Below are positions 43,395 through 58,322 of a stretch of DNA of 64,000 nucleotides, one piece after another (position 1 is the stretch's first letter; every line of letters begins with the position of its first letter). Below the pieces are notes generated by a model. The model was not told the DNA's origin. It saw only the letters and a list, made by a program, of their open reading frames with translations, and did not search any database. Both the position numbers and the translations under genes were made by a program. Where the stretch lies: positions 104,656,001-104,720,000 of the forward strand of contig OX597820.1 in the NCBI GenBank assembly GCA_951406725.2. The letters run 5' to 3'. This DNA comes from Octopus vulgaris (taxonomy: Eukaryota).

Positions 43395-45455
43395 CTAGTG
43401 TTCCCATGCCGCCAGAAATGATGGCATGAAAATTTTACGGTAAATACAATTAAAAGATTACAACCTTTATCTTAATAACTGTTTCAACACCACGTTTTTA
43501 GTGAAAACCCTACCAGCAACGAGTCCACCATGTTTTGGATGGTTCTTTACCAACATTTTAATATTGTTACTGCTTCCACTTCTACTCAATGCAACATAAA
43601 GGTGTCCATGGCTGAATACTGGTAATGGTAGGATGGTGCCACCATTATTGAAGCTCTTCCTTTGTGATTTGTTTATAGTCATTGCAAATGTTGGTGTAAA
43701 AGGAAACTGTCGTCTACTCATACTAAAGGGAAGTATATATAATGCAATAGGACGGGTAGCTTGAGTCTACTATAAACAGTCTTTCCATCGATGAGCAAAT
43801 TAGCAGCTATGCCTGTAGTAGCATAGGAAAGGACACACTTGTTTTGCCTTCTTAGAGAAGCTATCAATGTATTGTATAGGTAAGTCTTTCCCGTACCTCC
43901 AGAGCCATCGAGGAAAATGAATCTACTCCGTGTTTCATCGTCATTGATGGCTGCAGTAATATGTTCATAGACCTGGCGCTGAGCTGTCAGTGGTGTGTTC
44001 TTTTGTATTGCTCTCTCAAGTGCCTGTCTCTCTTGACCCTCTTCAAAGTATATAAGCTGTTCTTGTGACAGGTGAACATGCAGACGAATAACTATCATGC
44101 ATTTTATTCTCAAGCAGGCGCCACATACTTTCAGGAGCACTAAAATACCTAACATCTAAATGGTTGTGTATTTCATCCTTCACAATCTCTTTGTTTGAAG
44201 TTGTTCCATTGATGTTAGCATTGATTGAGTCATATCCCTCGTAGATATACTTGTAAATATATTTCACAGAGGAGACGAAGAGGCAAATCACAACACAAAT
44301 ATGAGCATTGAACAGATATTTATTGCAGGGCACTACACATCGGTTGTCTATTGCATAGTTGCGAACGCGAATTAATGTCCCTCGATGTCGCCTGTACAAA
44401 GGGTAGCTGATTGGGTTTATCCGTGTCTCTTGTTAATACTCCTTTGGAAATTCTTTAAGACACTTGTTATTTTCCATGCAGCGAGCAATAGGGTTGAGAT
44501 CACCACAGGGCCATGGATCATGCGCCTTTTCACTGTTTCATATAGTAAGGGTTCAGTGACGGATCCGTAATCACGGCACAGACAATTTAATTAATTCTTT
44601 CAGAATCATCCAATTTATCATCAGGGTGAAAAATGATCAACAGGTGGGCATGTGATAAGCCCCTCTTTTGAAGTTCAATGGTGTAGCATATATATACGTT
44701 TCTTAGTGATGCCATTCAAGAGTTCATGCATATTTATACTGAATACACGGGCTAACAAGTCCGGTCTATCTGATGAAGTTTAGCCTGGAAGTAAATTCTC
44801 TCTAATTTCTTGCCAATTAGGATTACAGGTTATTGTGAGGAAGATATCAGGAGGACTATGTACTAATGCGCACAATAGTCATGTCGTCTTGATAGCGCTC
44901 ATGCATATTCCTAGGGAGCCTTGAAATGATGAAGGCAAGATAGCTGTGCGTCCTACTTAAGCATTTGCAGCATTAGCAGTATTCCGTAAATGATCAGCAA
45001 GACCACGGTATTGTTCTACTTTTAACTTATATTGATGGTTCTTCACAAAATTTATATTGTTACCTTCAACTTGCAGATAAGTATCTCCTGCACATTGCTG
45101 GAAGAACTTGCCTCCATGAATAACTGGGTTGAATTCACCATCTCTAACTGCTGTAAGAGATACATTATGTTGGAGCATTGTAATATTTTGCTTTGAGTTT
45201 TTATTACCAATCAAATGCGGTTGCCATCTAGGCTCTCCATATGGAAAGAACAATACAAACGTCATCGGGTCAAGGTTGGGGCTAAGAATGTTCAGACTGA
45301 TTACGGACTTCATTATTTCTTAGGTAAACCTTGAAATTTCTGTTGAATGGTGGCTCGCAGTCAGTATTGCTGAAGACCACAGCTATTTCATTAACTGTTG
45401 GTAAATTGTATTTCCGCCTATCAGCAGTAAGATCCCTGTTTGAAAACTGACAGAA
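43395..45455 (-). mobile_element. Degenerate, internally deleted Helitron (Rep plus helicase)
   Basis: YNLPTVNEIAV, DPMTFVLFFPYGE, PDIFLTITCNPNW, QKRGLSHAHLL (HUH), MIHGPCG, GSGGTGKT, FAMTINKSQ; 3' hairpin ATGCCATCA-TTTC-TGGCGGCAT followed by CTAG at 43398-43395. Confidence 0.88.
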
Positions 45456-45529
45456 AAATAGTTGCAAATAGGCCAGACATTATTACCAAAATTACGAAAA
45501 ACACATAATGGAAAGAAATACAAGTAACT

Positions 45530-46005
45530 GTATAAATCATGCCTCCTCATTGATATGATTGTCCTAATCGATATAAATGTATCTGTCAAGACCTACAAAA
45601 AACTGAGCAAGTATAAAGATCTTGAAATAGAAAATAGCAAAATGTGGAACCTGATGACTAAAACACTAACTGTTGTTATAGGTGCCCTAGGCATGATAGC
45701 AAAAAGGGCTGGTTGCTACTTAGCTCAGATAAAAGGAAACTCCAAAATGGCAGAAATTCAAAAGATATTGCTCATAGGAACTGCCCATATCCTACGTAAA
45801 ATACTGTCTATGTAATCCCAAATTTTAAAACAAACTTATAATTTTCTGACGTTTTCTTAAACTTTCTCTAGAACAATACTATGTGCAAAACAAAATATAT
45901 GACACCCTAGGCATAACACCAACATGAACTTCTAACTTGTTGTCTCTTGAGGTCTCTGGGTGAGACTTGGAATCAACTTGTACAAATACAAAACAAAAGT
46001 CAAAC

Positions 46006-46007
<2 letters not shown>
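45530..46007 (+). mobile_element. R4/Dong-like non-LTR 3' end followed by (TAA)n
   Basis: KLSKYKDLEIE..MW..KT..VVIGALG...IQK..L.GTAHILRK.LS, then 3' UTR and (TAA)n at 46008-46080; a further degraded RT-like piece at ~46190-46590. Confidence 0.75.
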
Positions 46008-46083
<76 letters not shown>

Positions 46084-47491
46084 CAACGGTGACGACGACG
46101 ACGACGATGATGATGATGATGATGATCATTATGATGATGATAATAGATTGGACACAAATTTGGAGAAGAAGCCCATGAAATTAGCCCAATTTTTATTTTC
46201 AAATGATTTAAAGTTGTTCACAGTATCCGAAAATAAAACTATGTGTTTGCAATTTGTATATTATTCCTACAAGGGTTTTGAATTGGAGTTTGACAGCTCA
46301 AAATATGTTATAGCTACCTTGAAAAGACATTTGGAAAAAGTGACGATGATCCTGAAAGAGTTAGCAATGTGTATCTCAATATACTAGAATTTGATAGTAT
46401 TTTAAACAGAGATATGAAAACAAATGTGAAAGAAATATATATTTTACAAATCTAAAAAATTATTGAAGAGAGAAATGCATTTCAGAATATTGATCACAGC
46501 TATCAATAGCTGAGCTGTGGTGGCCATCCGTTACAATACTACAATTCTTAGTTGGACTAAGGAATGGGTTAAAGATCTTGATAGAATTATTCAGAGTTGC
46601 ATCCACTAATCCAAAAACTCACAGAGTCGAAACAGATACTAAAAAGCTTATTTGCGGTCTCTCTAGCGTTCGACCAACTCACCGTTCTGGACTGGTATTT
46701 TGCTTTTTATGACGGCCGCTAAGGACTGTACACTCGTTAAACATTTGTTTTTAAATAAATCCATAATTTATTTTGGAAAAGATATGGAGGCCCATTATGG
46801 AATATAATGTTCACGGTAGAAGACAATAAAAGTGAGAGGTTGTTGGTTAATCAAAGAGCGAGAGCAAGAGTCACTCCGCAATGCTTAGAAATTACAAGAA
46901 CACTGTCATTGCAACCAAGAATACATGGGTCACAGTTCAAATAGATATTACTACTACTTTTACATCATATCAACAACAAGCGGATAAGGAAACTTGTACC
47001 AGACACAGATCCAATAATTAAATATGTGCTGATAGTGATGTACATCTTGGAAGGAATACGACATCACTTTCGGTATAATATAAGGCTTTGCATTGGATGG
47101 GCAATGAAGGCAATGAACATCCAGTTGCTAAGGATTCAATCTAGATTAAGAATTCTGAGCTCATTTCACTTTGTTAGCATAAAACTTGCAAAACATAATT
47201 ATGTTATTGTCCAGCTGTGTACACAAATGGATGAAAATTGCTCACAGTTTTATACCAGTGCTAAGTGCATGAAATCAGACAGTGAAGTCAGAACATAAGT
47301 GATTTTGGCATCAAAATTCTTGGTTAGTGGTGTTTATTTTCATTTTTTATTAAAGATATTCCTTAATACTTCGACGATGGAACTGGTAACTATTAATATA
47401 CTTTATTAAGGGTATTCCTTAATTCTTCTTCTCTGGAAGAAATCCTTACTCAATGACCTTATGCACCATATTTGCACAGCTATTCAACAAA

Positions 47492-47592
47492 AAGGTGTAT
47501 TTGCTCTTACTTGCCATAAATTGATACCGCATGTTTAGATTTTTCATTCATTCTTTCTAATATATATCTGTTTATTTATGTCGTGGCATTAA

Positions 47593-47660
<68 letters not shown>

Positions 47661-47762
47661 TTAATATACGACATAAATAAACAGATATATATTAGAAAGA
47701 ATGAATGAAATATCTAAACATGCGGTATCAATTTATGGCAAGTAAGACCAAATACACCTTTA
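47492..47762. repeat. Near-perfect palindrome (~105-bp arms around (TA)n)
   Basis: aaaggtgtatttg.tcttacttgccataaattgataccgcatg... is mirrored at 47657-47762. Confidence 0.9.
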
Positions 47763-47962
47763 TATATATATACATACATACATACATACAAGTATGTATG
47801 AATATATATGTATGTTTATATGTGTGTGTGTGTATTTATACTACTTGGGTGCTTGCAGTTATATGTAAATGTAGGATACATATGCTTATATGTAATTATA
47901 TAAATGCATGTTTGTGTGTATATGGATATGCTTACGTTTGTACATGAAAGTGTGTGTGTATG

Positions 47963-47995
<33 letters not shown>

Positions 47996-48286
47996 ATGGG
48001 TGTGTGTGTGTGTGTATGGGTGTGTGTGTTTCTCTGTATGTGTGTGTATGTGTCTGCATATACTCTTTTATTCTTTTACTTGTTTCAGTCATGTGACTGT
48101 GGCCATGCTAGAGTACCGCCTTTAGTCGAGCAAATCGACCCCAGGACTTACTCTTTGTAAGCCTAGTACTTATTCTATCGGTCTCTTTTGCCGAACCGCT
48201 AAGTTACGGGGACGTAAATACACAATCATCAGTTGTCAAGCGATGCTGGGGGTACAAACACAAACACACAAACACATACACATTTA

Positions 48287-48341
<55 letters not shown>

Positions 48342-48553
48342 CGGGCTTCTTTCAGTTTCCGTCTACCAAATCCACTGACAAGGTTTTGGTCAGCCCGAGG
48401 CTATAGTAGAAGACACTTGCCCAAGGTGCCACGCAGTGGGACTGAACCCGGAACGATGTGGTTGGTAAGCAAGCTACTTACCACACAGCCACTCCTACGC
48501 CTATGTACATGCATATGTATACATATATATATATATATATATACATATATATG

Positions 48554-48608
<55 letters not shown>

Positions 48609-48969
48609 GGGGGTACATATACATGAGTGCATATGTATGTTCATATGTATATATGTCTGTTTAGTTATATATGTATATGCATTTAGGTATAAGACATGTA
48701 CATAGAGTTTTATATATATATATATGCGTTTGTACGTTGGCATGTATGTTGGCCTGTGTACAAATACGTTCGTTTCGCGGCTACAGCCCAAAATAAGAAG
48801 CTTTTTATGATTGATCATCGTAATTATTCCCTTTTTAAAAAGAAATGAAGTTAAAATCGTGAAATAAAGATAAAATGAGGTTAAAAAATGGAAATCTAAT
48901 TAGAATTTTCTTTTTATTAGATACTAAAAGAATAAGTAAATTTATTGATATATTGTAATGTATTGACTG

Positions 48970-50200
48970 TACCACGTAGATGTCGAAGGCATTTTGTTGA
49001 GTCGCACAGAATGAAGCAAAAAATCATCAAAACTATTTTTTAAAAACTACTAAAAGTGAACAACCAATTATCAAATTGATTGAATTTACCGAAAACGATA
49101 AATCTTGGGGTGCAATGGTGACCGATGTGTTTTTTGTGGCAGATATTCCTTTGCATAAGCTCACTAATCCAAGTTTGAGAAGTCTCATTGATTCTATCAA
49201 TAAGATGTTACTAATTCAGTCTACATGCCGAAAATATGCTGATAAACGCTGTTGAAAATTGCAAGAGTTGCCTGACTGATCTAAATGTATTTTTAATTGT
49301 TGATGAAAATGAGATCGATAACAAATAAAATGTTAAAGTACCTATTGGTTCAGTTAAGAATCCTCAGAAAGCGTTCTTAATAAAATGTTTGCCACTCGAA
49401 TCAGCTTTAACTGCTGAAGTCATCGCTCAGATGATCACTGATTCGTTATGAAGTATGGCGGTTCCTTACTGTTGTCTGATGCTGCTCAGTATATGGTAGT
49501 TGCTGCAGAAACATTACAATTTATGTACCCAAAGCTCTTCCATATAACCTGCTTCTACCTACTGCACAACTAAGCTCTAAAAGTAAAGGCTATCCTGCAG
49601 TCGATTGTCTGATTGCCACTATCAAGGCTGCTACTGCAAAAAAACAAACACCGTCGAGAGCATTTCAGAACAATCGGATATTCCACTCTGCCAATTGTGA
49701 CTAGGTGATGCAACCGGTCGGATGCCAGCAATTACTATACCGAAAATCTTGGATAAATTACAAAAATTGTAGAGGACGAAGACATTTTGGCGCAGAGAAC
49801 GAAAAAGCTGTACGAAATACTGAGATCAGGACTAACCTCAACCAAATCTGCTCAAACTATATGCAGTTGAAAGAGTCGGTTCTGAAAGCCTACTCAATTG
49901 CCTTTACCATCTACGATGCTTACAAAAGTTTCAAGGAATTGAAGTTCAACGAAGACCCATGTTGCATCATGAATTACATTGATTCTAAATTCAATATAAG
50001 CCAAATTAATTCGATAATTCAATTAATGAACCCCAAAGTTTCACCCACGGAATATGAAAATCTGATACAATGTCAAGCGACATCAGCCGCTGTAGAAAGC
50101 AGTTTTATGATGCTGAAAAAATGCTTGCAAAAGACAGGAATTTTTTGCCTACAAGTATAAAGCATATATCATATTGTACTATAATAAATTTCTACAACAG
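48970..50200 (+). pseudogene. hAT-type transposase remnant
   Basis: ADIPLHKLTNPSLR, IVDE, LLSDAAQYM, YPKLFHITC, TSAAVESSF; multiple stops and frameshifts. Confidence 0.7.
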
Positions 50201-51626
50201 TTATTTTTAAAATTGTTTTGATAGTATATCATAGTTTTGATAGTATATCATATAAACTAGTATATCATAAAGTAATCAAAACTAGAGTGAACTCCCTGCT
50301 GTTTATGAATTCATTAATAATAATGTTAAAGCCTATCAAAGTATGAAAATAAGGTTAAAATCAAGCAATTTTTGAGATTTAAAAAATTGCCCTATAATAA
50401 TAACAGCCCAAATACATTTTGGTTGGTTGATTGGTTGTTTGTTGGTTTGTTTGTTTGTTTGTTTGTTTGTTGGTTGGTTGGTTGGTTGGTTGGTTGGTTG
50501 GTTGGTTGGTTGGTTGGTTGGTTGGTTGGTTGAGTGAGTGAGTGAGTGAGTGATTTCCTTAATCATACTTCACATCATTCAAAGAGAAAGTAAACATAAG
50601 AGGCGCAATTTGAGTGTCTTATAATTTTCTGAAAAATGCATTCCTTTAATGAAATTGTGCAGACATAGGTTTCCAATGCTGTTTATTGCGATTGTGCTGA
50701 TAAAATTTAGAAAACTAATAACATATATGTAATGCAAATATACAAATGAGAAATTTGTTTTATTTGATTTTAGGCTAAATCGTTCATCTTTTGCACGCTT
50801 CAGTCATTAGACTGCGCTCATGCTGGGGCATCGCCTTGAAAGGTTTAGTAAAACAAATCAACCGCAGTAGTTATTTGTTAAAAGTCTGATACTTCTATCG
50901 GTTTCTTTCGCAGAAACGCTAATTACGTGAACGTAAGCAAACCAACAGCGGAATAAGCAAAAGTCCACATACACATATATGTGGGTAAACAGATATCTTC
51001 TTTCAGTTACTCACAAAGCTTTAGTCGGCCCGAAGATATAGAGAAGACACTCTCCCAAAGTGCCATGCGGTGGGACCGAACCCATAACCACACCTGCGCC
51101 TAATGTATTTTTGTTTGAAAAATTAGTATTCATCTTCATTTTATATTGGCACCGTGAAATTTACTAAAAGCTAAACGATGGTTAATAAATGTATGCCATA
51201 TTTTCTGATTTTATCCATGATGGCAAAAATATATTTCCATGGTTAGTTGTCAGATGACGAATAGCACTGAAATAAGTATATATATAGGTGACTGATTACG
51301 AATCATAGATATTTGATTACTGTCTGAATGAGTCGAATTATGGATGTGTTTGATTACTATTTTTGTATTAAAAGTTTTGACGTCACGTGTTGTGAAGAAA
51401 TCATTTTAACTGTTATGCATCCAATTAATTGTAAACATTGGAATCACAATGAAATATTCTGAAGTAATTTTTCCTGTGTTTAGTGATTTAGAATATTTTA
51501 GATTCCGAAGAGACATTGAAATATACGAAAGCATAGATTCTTTGCTAAAACCACAAACCACATACGTGTATGTATGAGAATATGTGTGTGTTTGAATGTC
51601 TGTGTGCATATATATGTGTGTGCGTA

Positions 51627-51680
<54 letters not shown>

Positions 51681-51927
51681 GGTGAGAAAGTTGGTGTGTG
51701 AAAGCACGTGGTTGAATATATAGAAAATAGTAAAAAGTGAAAAAACTACAGAAATCATAACGATGTAAGAAATTTGAAAAGCTGAACGCGAAACCGGTCA
51801 TTTCTTCAAAAACTCTGTCATTGTATGAAAAAAAATTATAACATTCTTCTGACATAATGATTCAAATATATATTTTTTAACCTTTTAAAACAAGCCTTCT
51901 GTAGTTTTTTCACTTTTTACTATTTTC

Positions 51928-51961
<34 letters not shown>

Positions 51962-53034
51962 TTTATATACACATACATAAATATATACAAATTTATGTGT
52001 GCGTGTGTATGAGTGTGTGTACATATATAAAATACTGTTTATACCTTCCCATTAAAGAAGTGAATATTCATTTATGTACATAGATGATTTTGTGTGTAGT
52101 ATATTTATGCAATAAAGCTGAAAATGGAAAATAGCAATACATTCCATACGTAGGAAATTATACTTGAAGCTAAAACTACACAAGACCAATACACTTAAAA
52201 TAGATTTTAAAGTCCGCAAACAAGTGTCTACATACTTATATAACTAGAACTTGTTTTTGCCTCTCTTTTTTTTTTCATTTTTGTTATCTGTGTACTTTCG
52301 TTTCTTTGTTTTTGGGGTTATTTTTCTATCTTTGCAAAAATGGGGCATCACCTGATGGCCAGGTTGTTTCTCATACGATCGTAAAATCGTACTTACGATA
52401 ATGTTCTTGAACAAAAAATAAAAAACCTTCAATTGACAAAATTAGTTTCATTTCTTTGCTTTTTTGCTTTTGTTTTTACTGTGCTGTGGTAATTTTTTTT
52501 TTTTTTTTTTTTTGTAAAGTGCAGAGGAAGAGGAAAAGCTGAAATATATAATACAAACTTCGCTATCGAAAGAAACAAGACAAACAAAATATACGTTATT
52601 CAACTTATTTTTATGTTTGTATGTATGTATGCATATATATATGTGTGTGTGTGTAGACAGTAGGGAAGACAGAAAGACAGACAGACAAATAAATAGATAG
52701 AAATATTCTTTTCTACTCTAGGTACAAGGCCCGAAATTATGGGGAAGGGGTAAGTCAATTAGATCGACAACAGTATGCAACTGGTACTTAATTTATCGCC
52801 TCCGAAGGTTGAAAGGCAAAATCGACCTCGGCAAAAAGTGAACTCAGAATGTAAAGACAGACGAAATACCTCTAAGCATTTTGCCCGGAGTGCTAACGTT
52901 TCTGCCAGCTCACCGCCTCAGATAGATAGAAATATTCTAAAATATATGAATGTATGTGAGAAAATATATACGTATAGGCATATTTATACATATATGTGTG
53001 TATATATATGTGTGTATATATATGTGAGTATATA

Positions 53035-53077
<43 letters not shown>

Positions 53078-53086
53078 ATGTACTTG

Positions 53087-53127
<41 letters not shown>

Positions 53128-53829
53128 TCTTATTCTTTTATTCTTTTACTTGTTACAGTCATTTGACTGCGGCCATGCTGGAGCACCACCTTTAATCGAG
53201 CAAATCGACCCAGGACTTATTCTTTGTAAGCCTAGTACTTATTCTAGTACTTATTCACAGACACACAAACATATACATATATATATATATATACGACGGG
53301 CTTATTTCAGTTTCCGCCAGTCAAATCCACTCACAAGGCTTTGGTAGGCCTGAGGCTATAGTAGAAGACACTTTCCCAACGTGCCACGCAGTGGAGTTGA
53401 ACCCGAAACCATGTTGTTGGTAAGCAAGCTACTTATCACACAGCCACTCTTGCGCCTATATAGTTGAAATTTACAGAAAAACAAAAGACGAAGACAGATG
53501 TATAAACAACAAGCAGGTGTATTAGTTTAACGCTCGGAAAAGTGAGAAAGTCTTTTACGTTTCAAGCCTACGCTCTTCAACATAAAGGAACACTTGGAAA
53601 TAGACAGAAAGAGAATAAAAAAACTTGTGGATTTAGCGATATATATACATATATATATATATATGTAGATATATAATATGCGTATTACATACGTCTACAA
53701 CTTTGACAACGATGCCATTTCCAAGTTAGATTTGTATTCCTGAGAATAAAATTTGAAAGCTAAACTCTAACTCATAATTCTTGCTAATTTCTTACAAAAT
53801 GGAAAGAGAAACACAGAACACAAAGAGAG

Positions 53830-53896
<67 letters not shown>

Positions 53897-53963
53897 ATGA
53901 GTGAGGAACAGAGAGAGAGGCAGGCTGAGAGAAGTTACAGAAAGAAATTGCCTATTGACTTAC

Positions 53964-54087
53964 CTTCTAGCTGTGAAATAAACGCTCTGAAATGGAGGTC
54001 TTTTTCTATCCAAAATGACTGGCCATCATCTTGTTCACTGGTTATTAATGAACGGAAGCACCCAACCAGGCAACCCCCCGCTTATAT
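53964..54087 (-). promoter_or_regulatory. Second candidate TATA promoter and short non-coding exon
   Basis: ATATAAG at 54087-54081 in a GC-rich non-repetitive island; consensus donor AAG|GTAAGT at 53964/53963. Confidence 0.35.
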
Positions 54088-54129
54088 CGCCGAACGCCCA
54101 CCGACACAAAGTGAGTACTGGCTTTCATG

Positions 54130-54573
54130 ATGCTGGTGGATGATGTAGTGATGGTGGTGGTTATGTTGATTGTGGCTGTGGGGTATTTCTGGTGGAGGTT
54201 ATGGTGGTACTGGAGTTGATAGTGGCGGTGGTAGTGCTGGTGCTAGTGCTGGTGGTGGTGGTGGTGGTGGTGGTGTGGTGGTGGTGGTGGTGGTGGTGGT
54301 GGTTGTGGTTGTGGTGGTGGTGGTGGTGGTGGTGGTGGTGGTGGTGGTGGTGGTGGTGGTGGTAGTGGTGGTGGTGGTGGTGGTGCTAGTGGTGGTGGTG
54401 GTGGCGGTGGCGGTGGTGGTGGTGGTGGTGGTGGTGGTGGTGGTGGTGGTGGTGGTGGTGAAGTTGTAATGACAATGACGGTGGTGAGGATGGTAGTGAC
54501 GGCAGGTGCGGGGCGGATGATTATTATTCAGCGAGAAGGACGATTGAGAGTGACAATAATGACCACGGCTGAG

Positions 54574-54629
<56 letters not shown>

Positions 54630-54740
54630 CATCATCATCATCATCACCGTCAACATCATCATCACACTCATCACCATCGTCGTCGTCTTCGTCAACACTA
54701 TCATCATCATCATCGTCATCATGACGATAAGATGTCAATA
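54130..54740. repeat. (GGT)n and (CAT)n trinucleotide tracts
   Basis: Read directly from sequence. Confidence 0.9.
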
Positions 54741-56725
54741 ATGTAATAAACCACCCACACTCAGTTTACTTCATTCTACCACCTCCTCCCTCCCTCTCTC
54801 TCCCTCTCTCTCTCTCTCTCTACCCTCTCCTCATTCTCTTCTGCGTATTTCCTTTCCTCCCTCCTCAACCATTCTGTTTATTAAAATTCCCACCATAAAG
54901 CTTTGGACATTGGCTTTCAGAACTGCCTTCTACTTCTCTAGGTGTGTGCATGTGTGTGTGCGCGTGTGTATATGTGTGTGTGTTTGTATGCATACATATA
55001 TGCATACATACATGCATTCATACATACATGCATGCATTCACATACATACATGTATATGTGTGTGTATAGGCGCGGTTGTAGCTGTGTGGTAAGAAGCTTG
55101 CTTCTCAACCACGTGGATCCGTGTTAAGTCCCACTGCATGTCACCTTGAGCAGGTGTCCTATACTATAGCCTCGGGGCGACTAAAGTGTTGTGAGTGAAT
55201 TTGGTAGACGGAAACCGAAAGAAGCGCATCGTATACCTGTGCGTGTGTATGTATATAGATGTGTGTGCGTATACACATACACACATATATACATGCATTC
55301 CTCTTTCTCTCTCCTTGTGGGTTGTGCGTGTGAGTGTTTGTGTATGTATTCTTTTACGTGTTTCAGTCATTTGAATGTGGCCATGCTGGAGCACCGCCTT
55401 TAGTCGAGCAAATCGACCCCAGGACTTATTTTTTGTAAGGCTAGTACTTATTCTATCGCTCTCTTTTGCCGAACCGCTAAGTTACGGGGACGTATACATA
55501 CCACCATCGATTGTCAAGCGGTATTGAGGGGACAAACATAGACACAAACATATACACACACACACATATATACATATATACGACGAGCTTCTTTTAGTTT
55601 CCGTCTACCAAATCCACTCACAAGGCTTTGGTCGGCCCGAGGCTATAGTAGAAGACACTTACCGAAGGTGCCGCGTAGTGGGACTGAACTTGTAACCATG
55701 AGGCTGGTAAGCAAGCTACTTACCACACAGTCAATCCTACGCCTAAAATATGTTATGTTGGACATAACACTTTTCTTATATACATCTCTACTGATTTTTC
55801 TCATTGCTGATGCCGATCAAGCTATAAGGTGTTATTCAAGCAATCATTTATGAGTCCACTGCATCTCATAGCAGAAACACCTTAAGCTAATGAAGTGCTT
55901 AAGATAATCATTCATTCCTATGCCAGCTCCCTTTCTTTTATATATATATATATATAAATGGGGGTGGGGGTTCCTTATACTTGTTTCAGTCATTGGTCTG
56001 CGGTCATACTGGAGCACTACGTTGTAGAACTTAGTCGAAAATATCAACCCCAGTACTTATTTTGCCTTAAGTCTGGGACCTATTCTTCCTTTATTGTTGA
56101 ACCACTAAGTTATGAGATCGCCAACAAACCATCTCTGGTTTTCAAACGGTGATGGTTACAAATACAAACACGCACAGATACGTACATATATGACGATGCT
56201 GGTGTGTTTATGTCCCCGTAACTTAGCGGTTTGGCAATAGAGGCCAATAGAATAAGTACTAGGCTTACAAAGAATAAGTACTGGGTCGATTTGCTCAACT
56301 AAGGGCGGTGCTCCAGCATGGTCGCATGTCCACCGTCAAATGACTGAAACAAATAAAAGAATATATATATATATGTATATGTATGTATATATACATGTAT
56401 ATGTATATACATGACGGGTTTCCATGCTGTTTTCATCGACCAACTTTACTCACAAGGCATTTGTAGGCCTGGCGCTATAGTAGAAACCACGTGGTTGCAT
56501 ATATATATCCACTATAAATATATATTTATAGGGGGAAGAAAGTGAGAAGGAATTATGACTATTCAATTGTCCCTATACCAGCATGGAAAAGGATAATAAA
56601 TAATAATGAGGCTGATAATGGTAAGAATCAAAGAGAATTACCAAACTTTTGAAAGCCGTGTGGCATTATATTTTATAAATATACAATTTAATTTATACTT
56701 AATTAAAATATATATATATATATAT

Positions 56726-58062
<1,337 letters not shown>

Positions 58063-58081
58063 GAGAGAGAGAGAGAGAGAG

Positions 58082-58125
<44 letters not shown>

Positions 58126-58197
58126 GGATGGATGGATGGATGGATGGATAGATAGGTAGGTAGGTAGGTAGATAGATAGATAGATAGATAAATAGAC

Positions 58198-58257
<60 letters not shown>

Positions 58258-58322
58258 GATTGATAGATAGGTAGGTAGGTAGGTAGGTAGGTAGATAGAT
58301 AGATAGATAGATAGATAGATAT

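Noticed and set aside
54170-54741. Poly-T/poly-D/poly-V ORFs resembling mucin or acidic proteins
   Set aside because: Pure (GGT)n and (CAT)n tracts open on both strands, with no splice or domain support.
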